DNA from: Eubacteriales bacterium
Lineage (GTDB): Bacteria; Bacillota; Clostridia; Lachnospirales; Lachnospiraceae
Direction of reading: 5' to 3'
Length of the DNA stretch: 35,303 nucleotides
Assembly (NCBI GenBank): GCA_030533125.1
Contig: JAUNJS010000001.1
Coordinates: 1 to 35,303 of the forward strand
This document shows, one piece after another, positions 15,712 through 25,355 of the stretch (its first letter is position 1; the number at the start of each line of letters is the position of its first letter). Position numbers and translations under genes: made by a program. The notes below the pieces were generated by a model that saw only the letters and a program-made list of their open reading frames with translations, did not search any database and was not told the origin of the DNA.

Positions 15712-17118
15712 CTATCTCCTTCGCATTCCTGCGAGCTTTCGCAGAACCGCACGCAGGAACCCCCTGTTCAGAACGAAAAACAGCGCGACTCCGATCAGGA
15801 TATTCAGCACATTGAACAGCATCCTCTGCCGGAAACACAGAACGCTCTCCAGAGTCATCACGCCCAGGACCAGCAGGACATGGCGCAGATCATACCGGAC
15901 CCTCACGATCTTCTGGACATCCCGGATCCGGAAGAGGAAGAGAAAGATATAGCTGATCAGCGTCGATCCCGACGCGGCATACAGCCCGATCCACCGGATG
16001 GACGCCAGGTCGGTGACCAGATTGATCGCCGCGGCAATCGTGGTCGTAACGCCCACGCTTCTGGACCGCTTGTAGGCGACGTAGATTCCGCCCAGGAACG
16101 TCGACATGCTGAAGAAAAACATCGCCACGAAAAGGATCGGGATCTGGAAATATGCCTCGGCGTAGTCCCCGCGGATCAGGAGCCGGAAGAGCAGGGGCGT
16201 CGCCGCGATGAGGACTCCGAAAAAACCCGCCTGCAGGTCAAACATAGTGCGGAACATGGAGGAATAGTACTCGCTTGCGTCGCTGTCTTTCGAAACAATG
16301 GACGCGTTTTCCTGCCACGCCATCGTAAAGGTGTTCTGCGCGAGGTTCAGCAGGCTCGGAATCTTGTTTGCGACCGCGTAGACAGCATTCGCGGAGATTC
16401 CCATGAAGGCGGTGACGACCAACCTGTCAGACACCCGCATCACCCACGCGGACATGCTGTTGGGCACCATCGGCCAGGAATACCGGAGCATCTCCCGCAG
16501 CTTGTCCGCCCTGAAACAGCGGAGGTCAAAATACCGCAGGAGCCGCACCTTCACCAGAAGGTACAGCAGAGAAAAGGTGGAGGCGGCAAACAGGGAAATC
16601 ACAGTCCCCAGAAGGCCGGCCCGAAGCCACAGGACACAGATCACCGTGAAGATCACCTTGCCCGCCGCGGACAGGACGGCGCTCATGGAATAATCCATGT
16701 TCCGGTTCAGCCCCCTGCAGACCTGTCTAGCCGCGTTCACCACAATATCCGCCAGGAAGTACAGGCAGATGAACACCCGGATCAGCATATTCTGCCCGGT
16801 GAGGATAAAAAACATAATCACCAGGGCAATGAGGGACGTGGGAATGATGAAGCATACGATGTTCGTGATAATTGTCTTGATGCTCTCGTCGTTCTCCCGT
16901 TCGTCGATCAGAAAGCGGAACGCCGCCGCCTGGATCTGCAGGGTCGCCGCCGGCAGAAGCAGGGAGACCAGAACGGCAATCAGGTCATAAGCGCCGTACT
17001 CCTCTTTTGTCAGGCAGCCGGTCAGGATCGGCAGCGTGACGAAGGAAGCCAGTTTGGGCAGAAACGTCCCGATCGCGATGATCATGGTATTTTTGGCAAG
17101 CTTTCCTTCCCTGCTCAT
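15712..17118 (-). CDS. wzx: Wzx flippase (polysaccharide biosynthesis, MOP family)
   Basis: KLAKNT..., LPILTGCLTKEEYGAYD, YSWPMVPN, SDRLVV...NAVYAVANK. About 12 hydrophobic segments. Confidence 0.9.
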   Translation of the reverse strand: MSREGKLAKNTMIIAIGTFLPKLASFVTLPILTGCLTKEEYGAYDLIAVLVSLLLPAATLQIQAAAFRFLIDERENDESIKTIITNIVCFIIPTSLIALVIMFFILTGQNMLIRVFICLYFLADIVVNAARQVCRGLNRNMDYSMSAVLSAAGKVIFTVICVLWLRAGLLGTVISLFAASTFSLLYLLVKVRLLRYFDLRCFRADKLREMLRYSWPMVPNSMSAWVMRVSDRLVVTAFMGISANAVYAVANKIPSLLNLAQNTFTMAWQENASIVSKDSDASEYYSSMFRTMFDLQAGFFGVLIAATPLLFRLLIRGDYAEAYFQIPILFVAMFFFSMSTFLGGIYVAYKRSRSVGVTTTIAAAINLVTDLASIRWIGLYAASGSTLISYIFLFLFRIRDVQKIVRVRYDLRHVLLVLGVMTLESVLCFRQRMLFNVLNILIGVALFFVLNRGFLRAVLRKLAGMRRR

Positions 17119-17142
17119 AAGCAGACGGTTCCCTTTCTATGT

Positions 17143-17159
17143 ACTGATCCTTTTTAAAC
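17143..17159. repeat. 17-bp exact direct repeat, copy 2
   Basis: Identical to 15352-15368; intergenic, upstream of wzx. Confidence 0.8.
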
Positions 17160-17221
17160 AGATCTTTTCGAACCGGCTTCTTCCGGAACGGCCCGTCCTG
17201 CAGGCCTGTTCCGCTGATCTG

Positions 17222-18322
17222 TCATGAACTGATCTCCTCCAGATACCGGACGCTCTCCTGCCGCAGAATGGCGAGCCGCCTTCCGGCCTCCTGATAGTTA
17301 ATTTCCTCGCGGGGAATGGTATCCGGATTCTCCGCCAGCCGGTCTTCCAGCCCCGCCGCTTCCAGCAGGTCCCTGGTTCTCCCGCCTCTCGTCGAGTGCG
17401 CGATCGCGATAAACGGCTTTTCGTAAATGATGGAAAACGCGGTTCCGTGGAAGGAATTCGTCACCACGAACTGCGCGTTCTTCACAAGGGACAAAAACCT
17501 GTCAGGGCCGATGGCGATCTCTTTCCTGGTTCCCCGGACGCGGACAAACGGATTCGGAGAAATATCCACGATGCGGAGGCCTTTTTCCCGCGCGGTCTTT
17601 TTCGCGATCCGGACGGACTGTTCCGAATTCTGGATGTTGTAGAGGAGGAGGTACGGGGCGCCGGCTTTAAAGTCCGTGCTCTCCATATCCCTATAGTCCT
17701 CTTTTCCGAGAAGGAGGGTGCAGTCCAGCACTGCGGGCACTTCGCGGCCGATCGCAAGGGAGAGCTTTTCAGCGGCGGATTTCTCCCGCACGGAGACCCC
17801 TGCGAAACCTTCCGTCAGCGCGGCGAGCTCCGCGGCATTGCCCTCGATATCGTATTCCCCCAGACTGGCGCCGTAGGCGGCTCTCTTCCCGTCCGTAAAC
17901 TGCAGGAAAAACGCCCGGTCCGGCATTCCTCCCGTGAGGGCGGGATTCCAGATCTGGTCGCTGCCGCAGATATACAGATCCGCGCGGGGAGGGTCCTGCA
18001 GGAGGCTCTCATAGGTATGGTAAACCCGCGTAAGCGGAAGATTCTGACGGATGAACCGCTCGAAACACCGGTCTCTTCCGGAAAACTCCCCGGCGTGAGC
18101 GAGGTACGCCGCGCCCTTGATCAGGGCCCTGGCCTTGTTCCGGGCTTTTCCGGCCTTTTTGAGTTCCCTGAAGACGCTCTTTTTATCCAGGACATAATAC
18201 GGGAGGTAATTGATGACCTCGACCTCCTGCCCCATCGACGAGAGCCTTCGCATCAGCGCGGCGCACTGCAGGGTCGCTCCGAAATTGGATGTATTGTGAA
18301 AGGTTATGACCGCTGTTTTCAT
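17222..18322 (-). CDS. Polysaccharide pyruvyl transferase family protein
   Basis: ITFHNTSNFGATLQ, GSDQIWN, SVRE, DCTLLL and TNSFHGTAFS. GGAGG RBS. Confidence 0.88.
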   Translation of the reverse strand: MKTAVITFHNTSNFGATLQCAALMRRLSSMGQEVEVINYLPYYVLDKKSVFRELKKAGKARNKARALIKGAAYLAHAGEFSGRDRCFERFIRQNLPLTRVYHTYESLLQDPPRADLYICGSDQIWNPALTGGMPDRAFFLQFTDGKRAAYGASLGEYDIEGNAAELAALTEGFAGVSVREKSAAEKLSLAIGREVPAVLDCTLLLGKEDYRDMESTDFKAGAPYLLLYNIQNSEQSVRIAKKTAREKGLRIVDISPNPFVRVRGTRKEIAIGPDRFLSLVKNAQFVVTNSFHGTAFSIIYEKPFIAIAHSTRGGRTRDLLEAAGLEDRLAENPDTIPREEINYQEAGRRLAILRQESVRYLEEISS

Positions 18323-18360
18323 CAAAGCCTCCCTGTCCTTCGCCGACCGCCCGGGCTGTT

Positions 18361-19614
18361 CTATCGCAGCTCCACGCGCAGAAGGGATTTTTTCCGGTTC
18401 TTTTCACAGTAGGCAACGGTCACCGCCAGAAACATCCAGACCCATTCCGAGTACACATTGGAGCTGGAGGAGATGGATGTGACGGAGAAAATCAAAAAGC
18501 TCAGGAAAAAACACGTGTGGATGCCGAAAAGCCCGTCTTTTTCCTTCGCGTTCCTGTAGAGCATGACCAGCAGGCTGATGTGCGTCAGCACATAAAACGC
18601 GAAGATAAAAATGCCGAATGTGACGAGGATCTCCGCGTACCAGTTGTGGATGTACAGAAGCTCTCCGATGTGGAAAATCGAGAATTTCTCAAACCACACT
18701 TCGAGGTTTCCCGCGCCGACGCCGATGCCGCAGGTCTCGTACAGAAAATGCAGCCCGTTTTTCAGGAGATTGACCCTGGCTACGTCCTCCCCGGACGTGT
18801 CGATCGAGTTCTCCGAGACAAAAGCAAGCAGCCATTCACGCAGGGCCGGAACCAGAAGGAACGCGGCGGCACACGCGATCAGCAGAGTCGGCGCCACGAT
18901 CGCGATCCGTCTCCTGTCCCTGCACACTGCCAGAAACACCAGCGCAAGGACGGCGAACGCCAGCGCGGCGATACAGGCCCTGGAGGCGGTGACGACGATC
19001 ATGTCGATCGCCCCCGCCGCGAGCGCCAGGTACAGCACTTTGGCGAGGATCCTCCGGGAAGCGAAGACGCGGTAAACCGCGAACGGAACCAGGGTCGTCA
19101 CATACGTCGAATAGTCATTCGGATTGGAGAACATGCTGACTGCTTCTTTGCCGTAGTGCCGGACGCTGAAGCTTCCGACCCGGAAAACATAGGTGTGCGT
19201 CGACACCTCGTAGATCCCGATCACGACCTGGATGAGCAGGGCCAGACAGACCGCCACGGTGATCCCCTCATAGATGGCGTCCTCGTTGTTCGTGATGAGC
19301 GTGTTCATCATCAGGATGCAGATTGTGATGTAATAGATGTAGAACAGCCACCTGTTCAGGTTCATGTTCTGTACAATGCTGACCGCCGCGTGCAGCAGCA
19401 GGACGTAAAAAAACAGCTCCTGCAAATGGACGGAGGGCACCAGCTCCCGCTTCGCGTACAGGATCCAGACCAGTACGACAGTCAATGCGTAGTACGACAC
19501 ATGGATTCCCAGATTAATCTTAAACATAGGAATGAATCTGGGCGTCACACAGGCGAGGAAGGCGGCCAGCCATATTAAGATTTCCTTTGTTCTGATCCTC
19601 ACGACATCATCCAT
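18361..19614 (-). CDS. Wzy polymerase / O-antigen ligase family membrane protein
   Basis: Multi-TM protein with FSNPNDY, TASRAC, GIGVGAG and HNWYAEIL, located inside the operon near wzx. Confidence 0.78.
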   Translation of the reverse strand: MDDVVRIRTKEILIWLAAFLACVTPRFIPMFKINLGIHVSYYALTVVLVWILYAKRELVPSVHLQELFFYVLLLHAAVSIVQNMNLNRWLFYIYYITICILMMNTLITNNEDAIYEGITVAVCLALLIQVVIGIYEVSTHTYVFRVGSFSVRHYGKEAVSMFSNPNDYSTYVTTLVPFAVYRVFASRRILAKVLYLALAAGAIDMIVVTASRACIAALAFAVLALVFLAVCRDRRRIAIVAPTLLIACAAAFLLVPALREWLLAFVSENSIDTSGEDVARVNLLKNGLHFLYETCGIGVGAGNLEVWFEKFSIFHIGELLYIHNWYAEILVTFGIFIFAFYVLTHISLLVMLYRNAKEKDGLFGIHTCFFLSFLIFSVTSISSSSNVYSEWVWMFLAVTVAYCEKNRKKSLLRVELR

Positions 19615-19629
19615 AGCTTCACGTCCGTA

Positions 19630-20658
19630 TTACAACTCAAAACTGCATTTTTCCGGGAAGGTCCTTTCCAGAAGGCCGTTGATTTCCGCCTTCGCCTTCT
19701 CAAAATCTCCCTGAAACTCATCGTCGTTGATACAGATCATGCGGTACTTCTTCTTCTCCACGAACCGGATGATCCTGCGGTTGTCGCCGCTGATTTTAAA
19801 ATAGTGTCCGTGCAGGGTATACGGCGTAAATCTGCCGCTCGCCAGCTGCCAGAAGCGGAAAATATACTGGTTGACATCCCGGTTGTCCCGGAACCGGTGC
19901 CGGCAGGTCTCCGTCAGGATCTCCGGCTCCGCGGCCCAGACTTCGTCCAGCGTGGATTTCAGGTAGGAGAGGGCCACGTGGGGATTGTAAAACCCCGTGT
20001 AATTCCCCCATGGGGCAAACAGCAGCGTCCGGAGCATCCCGGAAGCGCCGTATTGCAGGTTGAAGGTCTTCGCGGGATCCTTCTTCATGCTCTGCCTCTT
20101 GCTGAAATGCCTGTTGATGATCCCCACGGTATTGAACACAATCGGGGAGAAGTTGCTCAGGACAGGCACGATGAGGTTCGGGATGTTGACGTCGCAGGGC
20201 AGGCCGTTCCGGAAAAAATCCTCCGGTTTCACCGGACGGATCAGGAAGATGTCGTCGTTGAAGTAGATAAACTGTTCGCTCAGGCCCTCGATCCGGTTCA
20301 TGTTCAGCTCGATCACATGGGAGCTGAACACCGGCAGGTACTCCGCGGGAATGTAGTCCTCATGCCGGACAATATGCAGCTTCGGACAGTCCGTGTTCAA
20401 CCATTTCGGGAGATGCCCGTAGGTGATGAAATGGACTTTGTTGACCCAGGGGGCATATTTGTCGATGCTCCGGAACACATACTGGAGGTTGTCCCAGTCC
20501 CGGTACCGGATGTCCCGGTCGTCCTCTTCCATGGTGACCGTTCCGCTGTATTTCGCCTTGTCCTTCTGCCAGACGGGGTCGCCCGGATCCACCCACGGAA
20601 TGACAATATCTATTTTCTGTGAGCTGTCCGCTCTTTTTCTTCCCATGCCATTCTCCAT
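19630..20658 (-). CDS. Stealth-family sugar-1-phosphate transferase
   Basis: CR1 IDIVIPWVD; CR2 RYRD..LQYVFRSI..APWV...LPVFSSHVIE...LSEQFIYFNDD; CR3 HRFR; CR4 ICINDD. The start is ATG 20658 or 20646. Confidence 0.92.
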   Translation of the reverse strand: MENGMGRKRADSSQKIDIVIPWVDPGDPVWQKDKAKYSGTVTMEEDDRDIRYRDWDNLQYVFRSIDKYAPWVNKVHFITYGHLPKWLNTDCPKLHIVRHEDYIPAEYLPVFSSHVIELNMNRIEGLSEQFIYFNDDIFLIRPVKPEDFFRNGLPCDVNIPNLIVPVLSNFSPIVFNTVGIINRHFSKRQSMKKDPAKTFNLQYGASGMLRTLLFAPWGNYTGFYNPHVALSYLKSTLDEVWAAEPEILTETCRHRFRDNRDVNQYIFRFWQLASGRFTPYTLHGHYFKISGDNRRIIRFVEKKKYRMICINDDEFQGDFEKAKAEINGLLERTFPEKCSFEL

Positions 20659-20659
20659 G

Positions 20660-21367
20660 TCAGTGCTTCTGCCCCTTCTGCCCGTAATAGGCGTCGGGAC
20701 CGTGTTTTCTGAGATAGTGTTTATCCAGCACATATTGCTGCAGAACCGCCCCGGGATTCAGCATCCGCGTCTCGAAATCCATCCGCGCGACCGTTTCCAT
20801 GACCACGGCGTGATAGACGGAGGCCGCGGCGTCCTTTCCCCACGCGAAGGGGCCGTGGCTCCTGACTACGGTTCCGGGCACCGCCACGGGATCGATTCCG
20901 CGCTCTTTAAAGCATTCCACGATCACCCTGCCGGTGTTGCGCTCGTAGGCCTCCTCCACCTCCTCCCGGGTCAGCTCCCTGGTGCAGGGAATGTCCCCGT
21001 AGAAGTAATCCGCGTGGGTCGTCCCCAGCGCCGGGATGTCCATCCCCGCCTGCGCGTACGCGACCGCGTGCACGGAGTGTGTGTGCGTGACGCCTCCGAT
21101 CGCGGAGAAGTTCCGGTAGAGCTCCAGATGAGTCTCTGTGTCCGAGGACGGGTTCCATCCGCCCTCGACGGTCTTCCCGGTCTCGAGATCCACAACCACC
21201 ATGTCCTCCGCCGTCATGGAGGCATAGTCAACACCGGACGGCTTGATGACCATGAGTCCCCTGCCGCGGTCCAGTCCGCTCACATTTCCCCAGGTATAAA
21301 TCACGACGCCCCGCCTGACGAGTTCCAGATTCGCCTCCAGGACCTGCTGTTTGAGTTCCTCTAACAT
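20660..21367 (-). CDS. araD: L-ribulose-5-phosphate 4-epimerase
   Basis: [56 protein letters not shown] and [15 protein letters not shown]. Confidence 0.95.
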   Translation of the reverse strand: MLEELKQQVLEANLELVRRGVVIYTWGNVSGLDRGRGLMVIKPSGVDYASMTAEDMVVVDLETGKTVEGGWNPSSDTETHLELYRNFSAIGGVTHTHSVHAVAYAQAGMDIPALGTTHADYFYGDIPCTRELTREEVEEAYERNTGRVIVECFKERGIDPVAVPGTVVRSHGPFAWGKDAAASVYHAVVMETVARMDFETRMLNPGAVLQQYVLDKHYLRKHGPDAYYGQKGQKH

Positions 21368-21479
21368 GACCGCCTGTCTTTCCTTTCCCGGTCCGGGAAC
21401 GCCTTCCCGCCTCTGCCCGGCCCTGTGTTTTCCGCCGTCATTCCGCCGGCCGCTGCCGTTGTTCCCGGCCGGCCTCTTT

Positions 21480-22541
21480 TTACTCCGCGATCTCCCGCAG
21501 GATCCGCACCGTGTGGGAAAACCCTCTCTTCGCGTCGAAGAGCGCCCTCCATCCGAGCCCCAGCAGTTCCCCGCTGTCCAGGGAGGAGTTGCTCATCGGG
21601 TTGAATCCCTTCCTCTCCGCGTCCGTGGGCAGTTCCATGCGGAAACCGGAATTTCCCTCCGCCGCGATAAACTCGCCCATCTGCCGAATGCTGATAATCG
21701 AGTCCGGATTGGAAATGTTGTAGGCGCGGACGCTTTCTCCCTTTATCATGGCCGTGAGGATGGCGGAGGCGCTGTCCAGGCAGTAGCAGTAGCTCCTGAT
21801 CTGGGCGCCGTCGCTCTTCATCACGATCTCCTCGCCGCGGGCCGCCGCATAGGCCCACGCGGAAGATACATGGCGGTCCTCCGGTCTCGCCGTCGGACCA
21901 TAGATATGTCCCGGCCGGATGATGACCGGTTTCACGCCGTACTCGTCGGCATAAGCCGCGCAGAGCGTCTCCGCCGCGCGCTTTCCGACCGAATAGGAGC
22001 TGCGGCTGTCGAGCAGGTCGATATAACCGTATTCATCCGTTCTGAACGGCCTGTTTCCCTCTTTTTTTCCGTATACCTCCGAAGTGGAAATATACAGGAC
22101 GCATTCCGTTCCACTCTCCTTCGCGTGATCCAGAAGATACTTCAGCCCGGTAAAATTGCTGAGCATGGTCTCGACCGGTTCCCGGACGATCATATGGGGA
22201 GAGGAGTTCCCTGCGCCGTGGATGATATAATCGCAGTCCCCGGAAAGACGGTTGTCCACAGCTGTCGCGTCGTAGGGGACGCAGTGGAACCATTCCTCCC
22301 TGTCATAAGGACTGAAGCGCTCCCTGATTTTTTCGATGCTGCGGCCGGCGGCATAGATCCGGATTTTCCGCGTGTTCGCGCAGTTCCATTGAATCAGAAG
22401 ATCCGCCACCGCCGAGACAATCAGGCCGGTACAGCCCGTGAGCAGCACGCTCCGGTCCGCCAGCGCGTCCAGCTCCGGCAGCGTCCCCAATGTTTCCCTG
22501 ACATCCGCGATCCACAGATCGCTGGCATAGATGCTTTTCAT
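21480..22541 (-). CDS. NAD(P)-dependent epimerase/dehydratase-family extended SDR, putative CDP-pentulose reductase
   Basis: [29 protein letters not shown] and RSYCY. It follows an IspD-like gene. Confidence 0.8.
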   Translation of the reverse strand: MKSIYASDLWIADVRETLGTLPELDALADRSVLLTGCTGLIVSAVADLLIQWNCANTRKIRIYAAGRSIEKIRERFSPYDREEWFHCVPYDATAVDNRLSGDCDYIIHGAGNSSPHMIVREPVETMLSNFTGLKYLLDHAKESGTECVLYISTSEVYGKKEGNRPFRTDEYGYIDLLDSRSSYSVGKRAAETLCAAYADEYGVKPVIIRPGHIYGPTARPEDRHVSSAWAYAAARGEEIVMKSDGAQIRSYCYCLDSASAILTAMIKGESVRAYNISNPDSIISIRQMGEFIAAEGNSGFRMELPTDAERKGFNPMSNSSLDSGELLGLGWRALFDAKRGFSHTVRILREIAE

Positions 22542-22641
22542 TGAATCCTTCCGCCTCTTCCTGATGCGTTACTTTATAACTGTATTCTGCCCTGCGAAAA
22601 CGGAGAAAGATATGCCGGACGGAGCATTTATCTGCGCGGCA

Positions 22642-23358
22642 TTAATCCTTCAGCCAGTCGGAGCGTCTGGCGCCGAGCAGGGCCTTGAAGATGTCGATGT
22701 CCTCCACCGTGGTGAGCTTGATGTTCTTTTCGGAGCCGGAGGAGAAATACACCCGCTCACCCATCTCGATCATCAGGGTACAGGACGCGACGGAATTCAC
22801 GATTCCCGCCTCCAGCGCCCTTCTGTGCAGGTCACAGATATCTCCGATGTGGAAGGCCTGCGGGGTCTGCGTCCTCTTGAGGCGGTCCCTCGGATAGCTC
22901 CCGGTGGACGCGACGCCGTCCTCTGTCTCCAGCATCGCTTCCGCGCAGGGAATCACCGTCGTCGCGTTGCCGTACTCGCGCGCGACGCGGATGTTGTCGG
23001 AAATGATCTCCGCGGAGATCATGGGGCGGATCGCGTCGTGAATAAGCACGATGTCATCCGGGGCGAAGTGCTTCTCCAGTTCGAATACGCCGTTCCGGAT
23101 GGAGTCCTGTCCGTTTTTCCCGCCGGGCACGACATACTGGAGTTTCTGTATATTAAACTGTTTCGCGTAAGCCCACAGAACCTGTTCCCAGCCCTGGATG
23201 CAGACGACGGCGATCGCGTCGATCTCCGGGTGTTTTTCAAACGCCTCCAGCGTATATACGATGACCGGCCGCTCATTCACGGTGAGAAACTGTTTGGGGA
23301 TGTCCTGGTGCATTCTGTTGCCGGCCCCGCCGGCAATCAATAACCCGATATTTGCCAT
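22642..23358 (-). CDS. IspD/TarI-family cytidylyltransferase
   Basis: LIAGGAGNRM..DIPKQFL, IHDAIRP, QTPQAF and NIKLTTVEDI. TAATG overlap with licD. Confidence 0.92.
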   Translation of the reverse strand: MANIGLLIAGGAGNRMHQDIPKQFLTVNERPVIVYTLEAFEKHPEIDAIAVVCIQGWEQVLWAYAKQFNIQKLQYVVPGGKNGQDSIRNGVFELEKHFAPDDIVLIHDAIRPMISAEIISDNIRVAREYGNATTVIPCAEAMLETEDGVASTGSYPRDRLKRTQTPQAFHIGDICDLHRRALEAGIVNSVASCTLMIEMGERVYFSSGSEKNIKLTTVEDIDIFKALLGARRSDWLKD

Positions 23359-24251
23359 TATTTTTTCCCTTTCACGCCTTTCACGAAGTATTTTTTTCCT
23401 CTGTATTCCTTATAGGGTGTATTCAGATCCATGAACACGATTTTGTGCTCCGGGTGCCGATCCTTCTCCGGCGGAGGAACCATGTAATCGCCGTACCGTT
23501 TTGTCAGATACTCGCGGCAGCCGGCGGGCAGCGGCAGCTCCGTGTCCTCAAACGGAACCCATACGTCGCTGTCAAACCATTCCTTCGGATAAAGCCAGGT
23601 GATAAAAGGAAACATGGAGAATTCTTTTACATACCTGGCATCCTCGTAATGCTTGTCCGGGATCGTGGCCAGATTCTCCAGGGTGCTCCAGATCAGGTAG
23701 CGGACTTTATCTCCCCGGAAAATCCCCAGAAGGACCTTGGACGCGAGATAGACAGGCCTGCTCTGCCGGTTGGGGAGCCTCCCCGCCTTGAACAGGGAGC
23801 GCCCGCATGCGCACGCGAGCTGGAATTTGCGGCCGATCCCCGTCCGCGCCGCCGCGTGAAGGGCCCCGAAATCGAGCGCGACGCCCTGGTTCGTGTCCGT
23901 GTCGACGGAGGCCGCCGTGATAAAGGTCGTGTTGTTGTCCCGGATCGAGCAGGAGAGGTGGTGGTCATTGTACCCCTTTCCCGGAACGCAGAGGGAGTAG
24001 CGGCTTGTGTCCGCCTCCTTGTCCCAGATCTCCAGAAGGCGGTTGTAGTCCGGGGCCGGCATGATAAGATCGATGTCGTCATCCCAAGGGATGAAGCCTT
24101 TGTGGCGGATGGCGCCCAGACAGGCTCCCGCGAACACATAGACCCGCAGATTGTGGTCTCTGCAGAACTGTGTGAAATACTTCGCAATCTCCAGGTTTTT
24201 ATTCTGTAATGCCCTGAGTTCTTCGTCGGACATTGTGATCAGTTCACTCAT
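23358..24251 (-). CDS. LicD-family CDP-alcohol phosphotransferase
   Basis: AGACLGAIRHKGFIPWDDDIDL, VPFED and YLTKRYGDYMVPPP. GGAG RBS. Confidence 0.92.
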   Translation of the reverse strand: MSELITMSDEELRALQNKNLEIAKYFTQFCRDHNLRVYVFAGACLGAIRHKGFIPWDDDIDLIMPAPDYNRLLEIWDKEADTSRYSLCVPGKGYNDHHLSCSIRDNNTTFITAASVDTDTNQGVALDFGALHAAARTGIGRKFQLACACGRSLFKAGRLPNRQSRPVYLASKVLLGIFRGDKVRYLIWSTLENLATIPDKHYEDARYVKEFSMFPFITWLYPKEWFDSDVWVPFEDTELPLPAGCREYLTKRYGDYMVPPPEKDRHPEHKIVFMDLNTPYKEYRGKKYFVKGVKGKK

Positions 24252-24305
24252 TCTGTATTCTCCCTGCTTTTTCCCTGTCCTGTTCCCTGCGGACGCACGC
24301 CGGTC

Positions 24306-25337
24306 TCATCCGCGGTATTTCGGGAAAAAGTTCTCGTTTTCCGGCTTAACCATCCCGAGCAGATCCTCGTACGCCTCCCGGTTGAAGATCTTTTTTCCGA
24401 TATGGAAGCGGTTCAGATCCCCGCGGTAAAAGGCTCTCTTGAATTTGAACAGGCTGTCTTCGCCGGAACCGACGCCGCCGCCGAGATAGAATGTCTTATA
24501 CCCGTTTTCGCACCCCCACAGAGCCGCTTCATAGAGAAGGAGGTTGGTCGGCGCCAGTGGACTGTACTGCCGCACGCTTCCGGAGAGATGATAATTCATC
24601 CTGCAGTTCGCCGTCAGGATGATCGACGCAGCGATCACCTCCCCCTCCCGCTCAGCGTAGAATACCTGCGCGTTCCTGGGAAGGTCCTCGAGAACGGAGC
24701 GGTAAAACTCCTTCCCGAAATAATAGTATCCGGAGGCCCGGTCCTTATCCATCGTCTCGTTGTAGATCCGCCGGAAGGTTTCGTAAATCGCGGGATACTG
24801 CCCGCGGTAGATCTTTACGTCGTTTTTCACGGCCTTGCGGATCACGTTCCGGTTTTTGCTGGTAAGATTAGCCCAGACCGTATCCGGAGAGGACAGATCC
24901 ATGCAGATGACTTCCCCGAGGGGAATGACTTCGTAAAACGGCGCGCACGCGGAGTGGTTATGAATGACCGGGTGAAACCGCACAAATTCCGAGACAATCC
25001 GGTGTCCGGCCGCCCATTCCCCGTATTCCTGAAACAGGCGGTCCGTGCCGTCCCCCTCGATGATCCACCCGCCGTAGCCGTAGGGAGTGGCAAAGTCAAA
25101 GAGCTGTCCCTCCGCGATCCGCCCCGTAACTCCCGGGGCTCCTGCGATGTCCCGCCGCATGACGACGTTCATGCCTCTCGTCTCCCCGTTCTCATGGAAA
25201 ATCAGAAGAGGCTCGCCGTCTCCGTGAATCCGGAACGCCCTGACATATCCGCTGAGCCAGTAGGTATCATAGTCGGAGAAAGAGCGGACGATCCTGTCCC
25301 ATTGATCGGACTGCTCCAGTGTAAACGTAGTGATCAT
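24306..25337 (-). CDS. FemAB-like GNAT-fold (amino)acyltransferase
   Basis: DFATPYGYGG, SEFVRFHP, RNVIRKA, YHLSGS, PTNLLLY, LGGG and LFKFKRAF. Confidence 0.8.
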   Translation of the reverse strand: MITTFTLEQSDQWDRIVRSFSDYDTYWLSGYVRAFRIHGDGEPLLIFHENGETRGMNVVMRRDIAGAPGVTGRIAEGQLFDFATPYGYGGWIIEGDGTDRLFQEYGEWAAGHRIVSEFVRFHPVIHNHSACAPFYEVIPLGEVICMDLSSPDTVWANLTSKNRNVIRKAVKNDVKIYRGQYPAIYETFRRIYNETMDKDRASGYYYFGKEFYRSVLEDLPRNAQVFYAEREGEVIAASIILTANCRMNYHLSGSVRQYSPLAPTNLLLYEAALWGCENGYKTFYLGGGVGSGEDSLFKFKRAFYRGDLNRFHIGKKIFNREAYEDLLGMVKPENENFFPKYRG

Positions 25338-25355
25338 TTTTATTCCTGATTCTTT

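Noticed and set aside
15547-17157. 536-aa plus-strand ORF and other long plus-strand ORFs (e.g. 11037-12164, 17396-18412, 18517-19578, 21351-22544, 28580-29833)
   Set aside because: Antisense shadows of well-supported minus-strand genes in GC-rich DNA, with no recognisable motifs.
20660-23358. Arabinose catabolism (araD) or MEP isoprenoid pathway (ispD)
   Set aside because: No araA/araB/transporter and no ispF. Coupling to licD indicates CDP-polyol synthesis.
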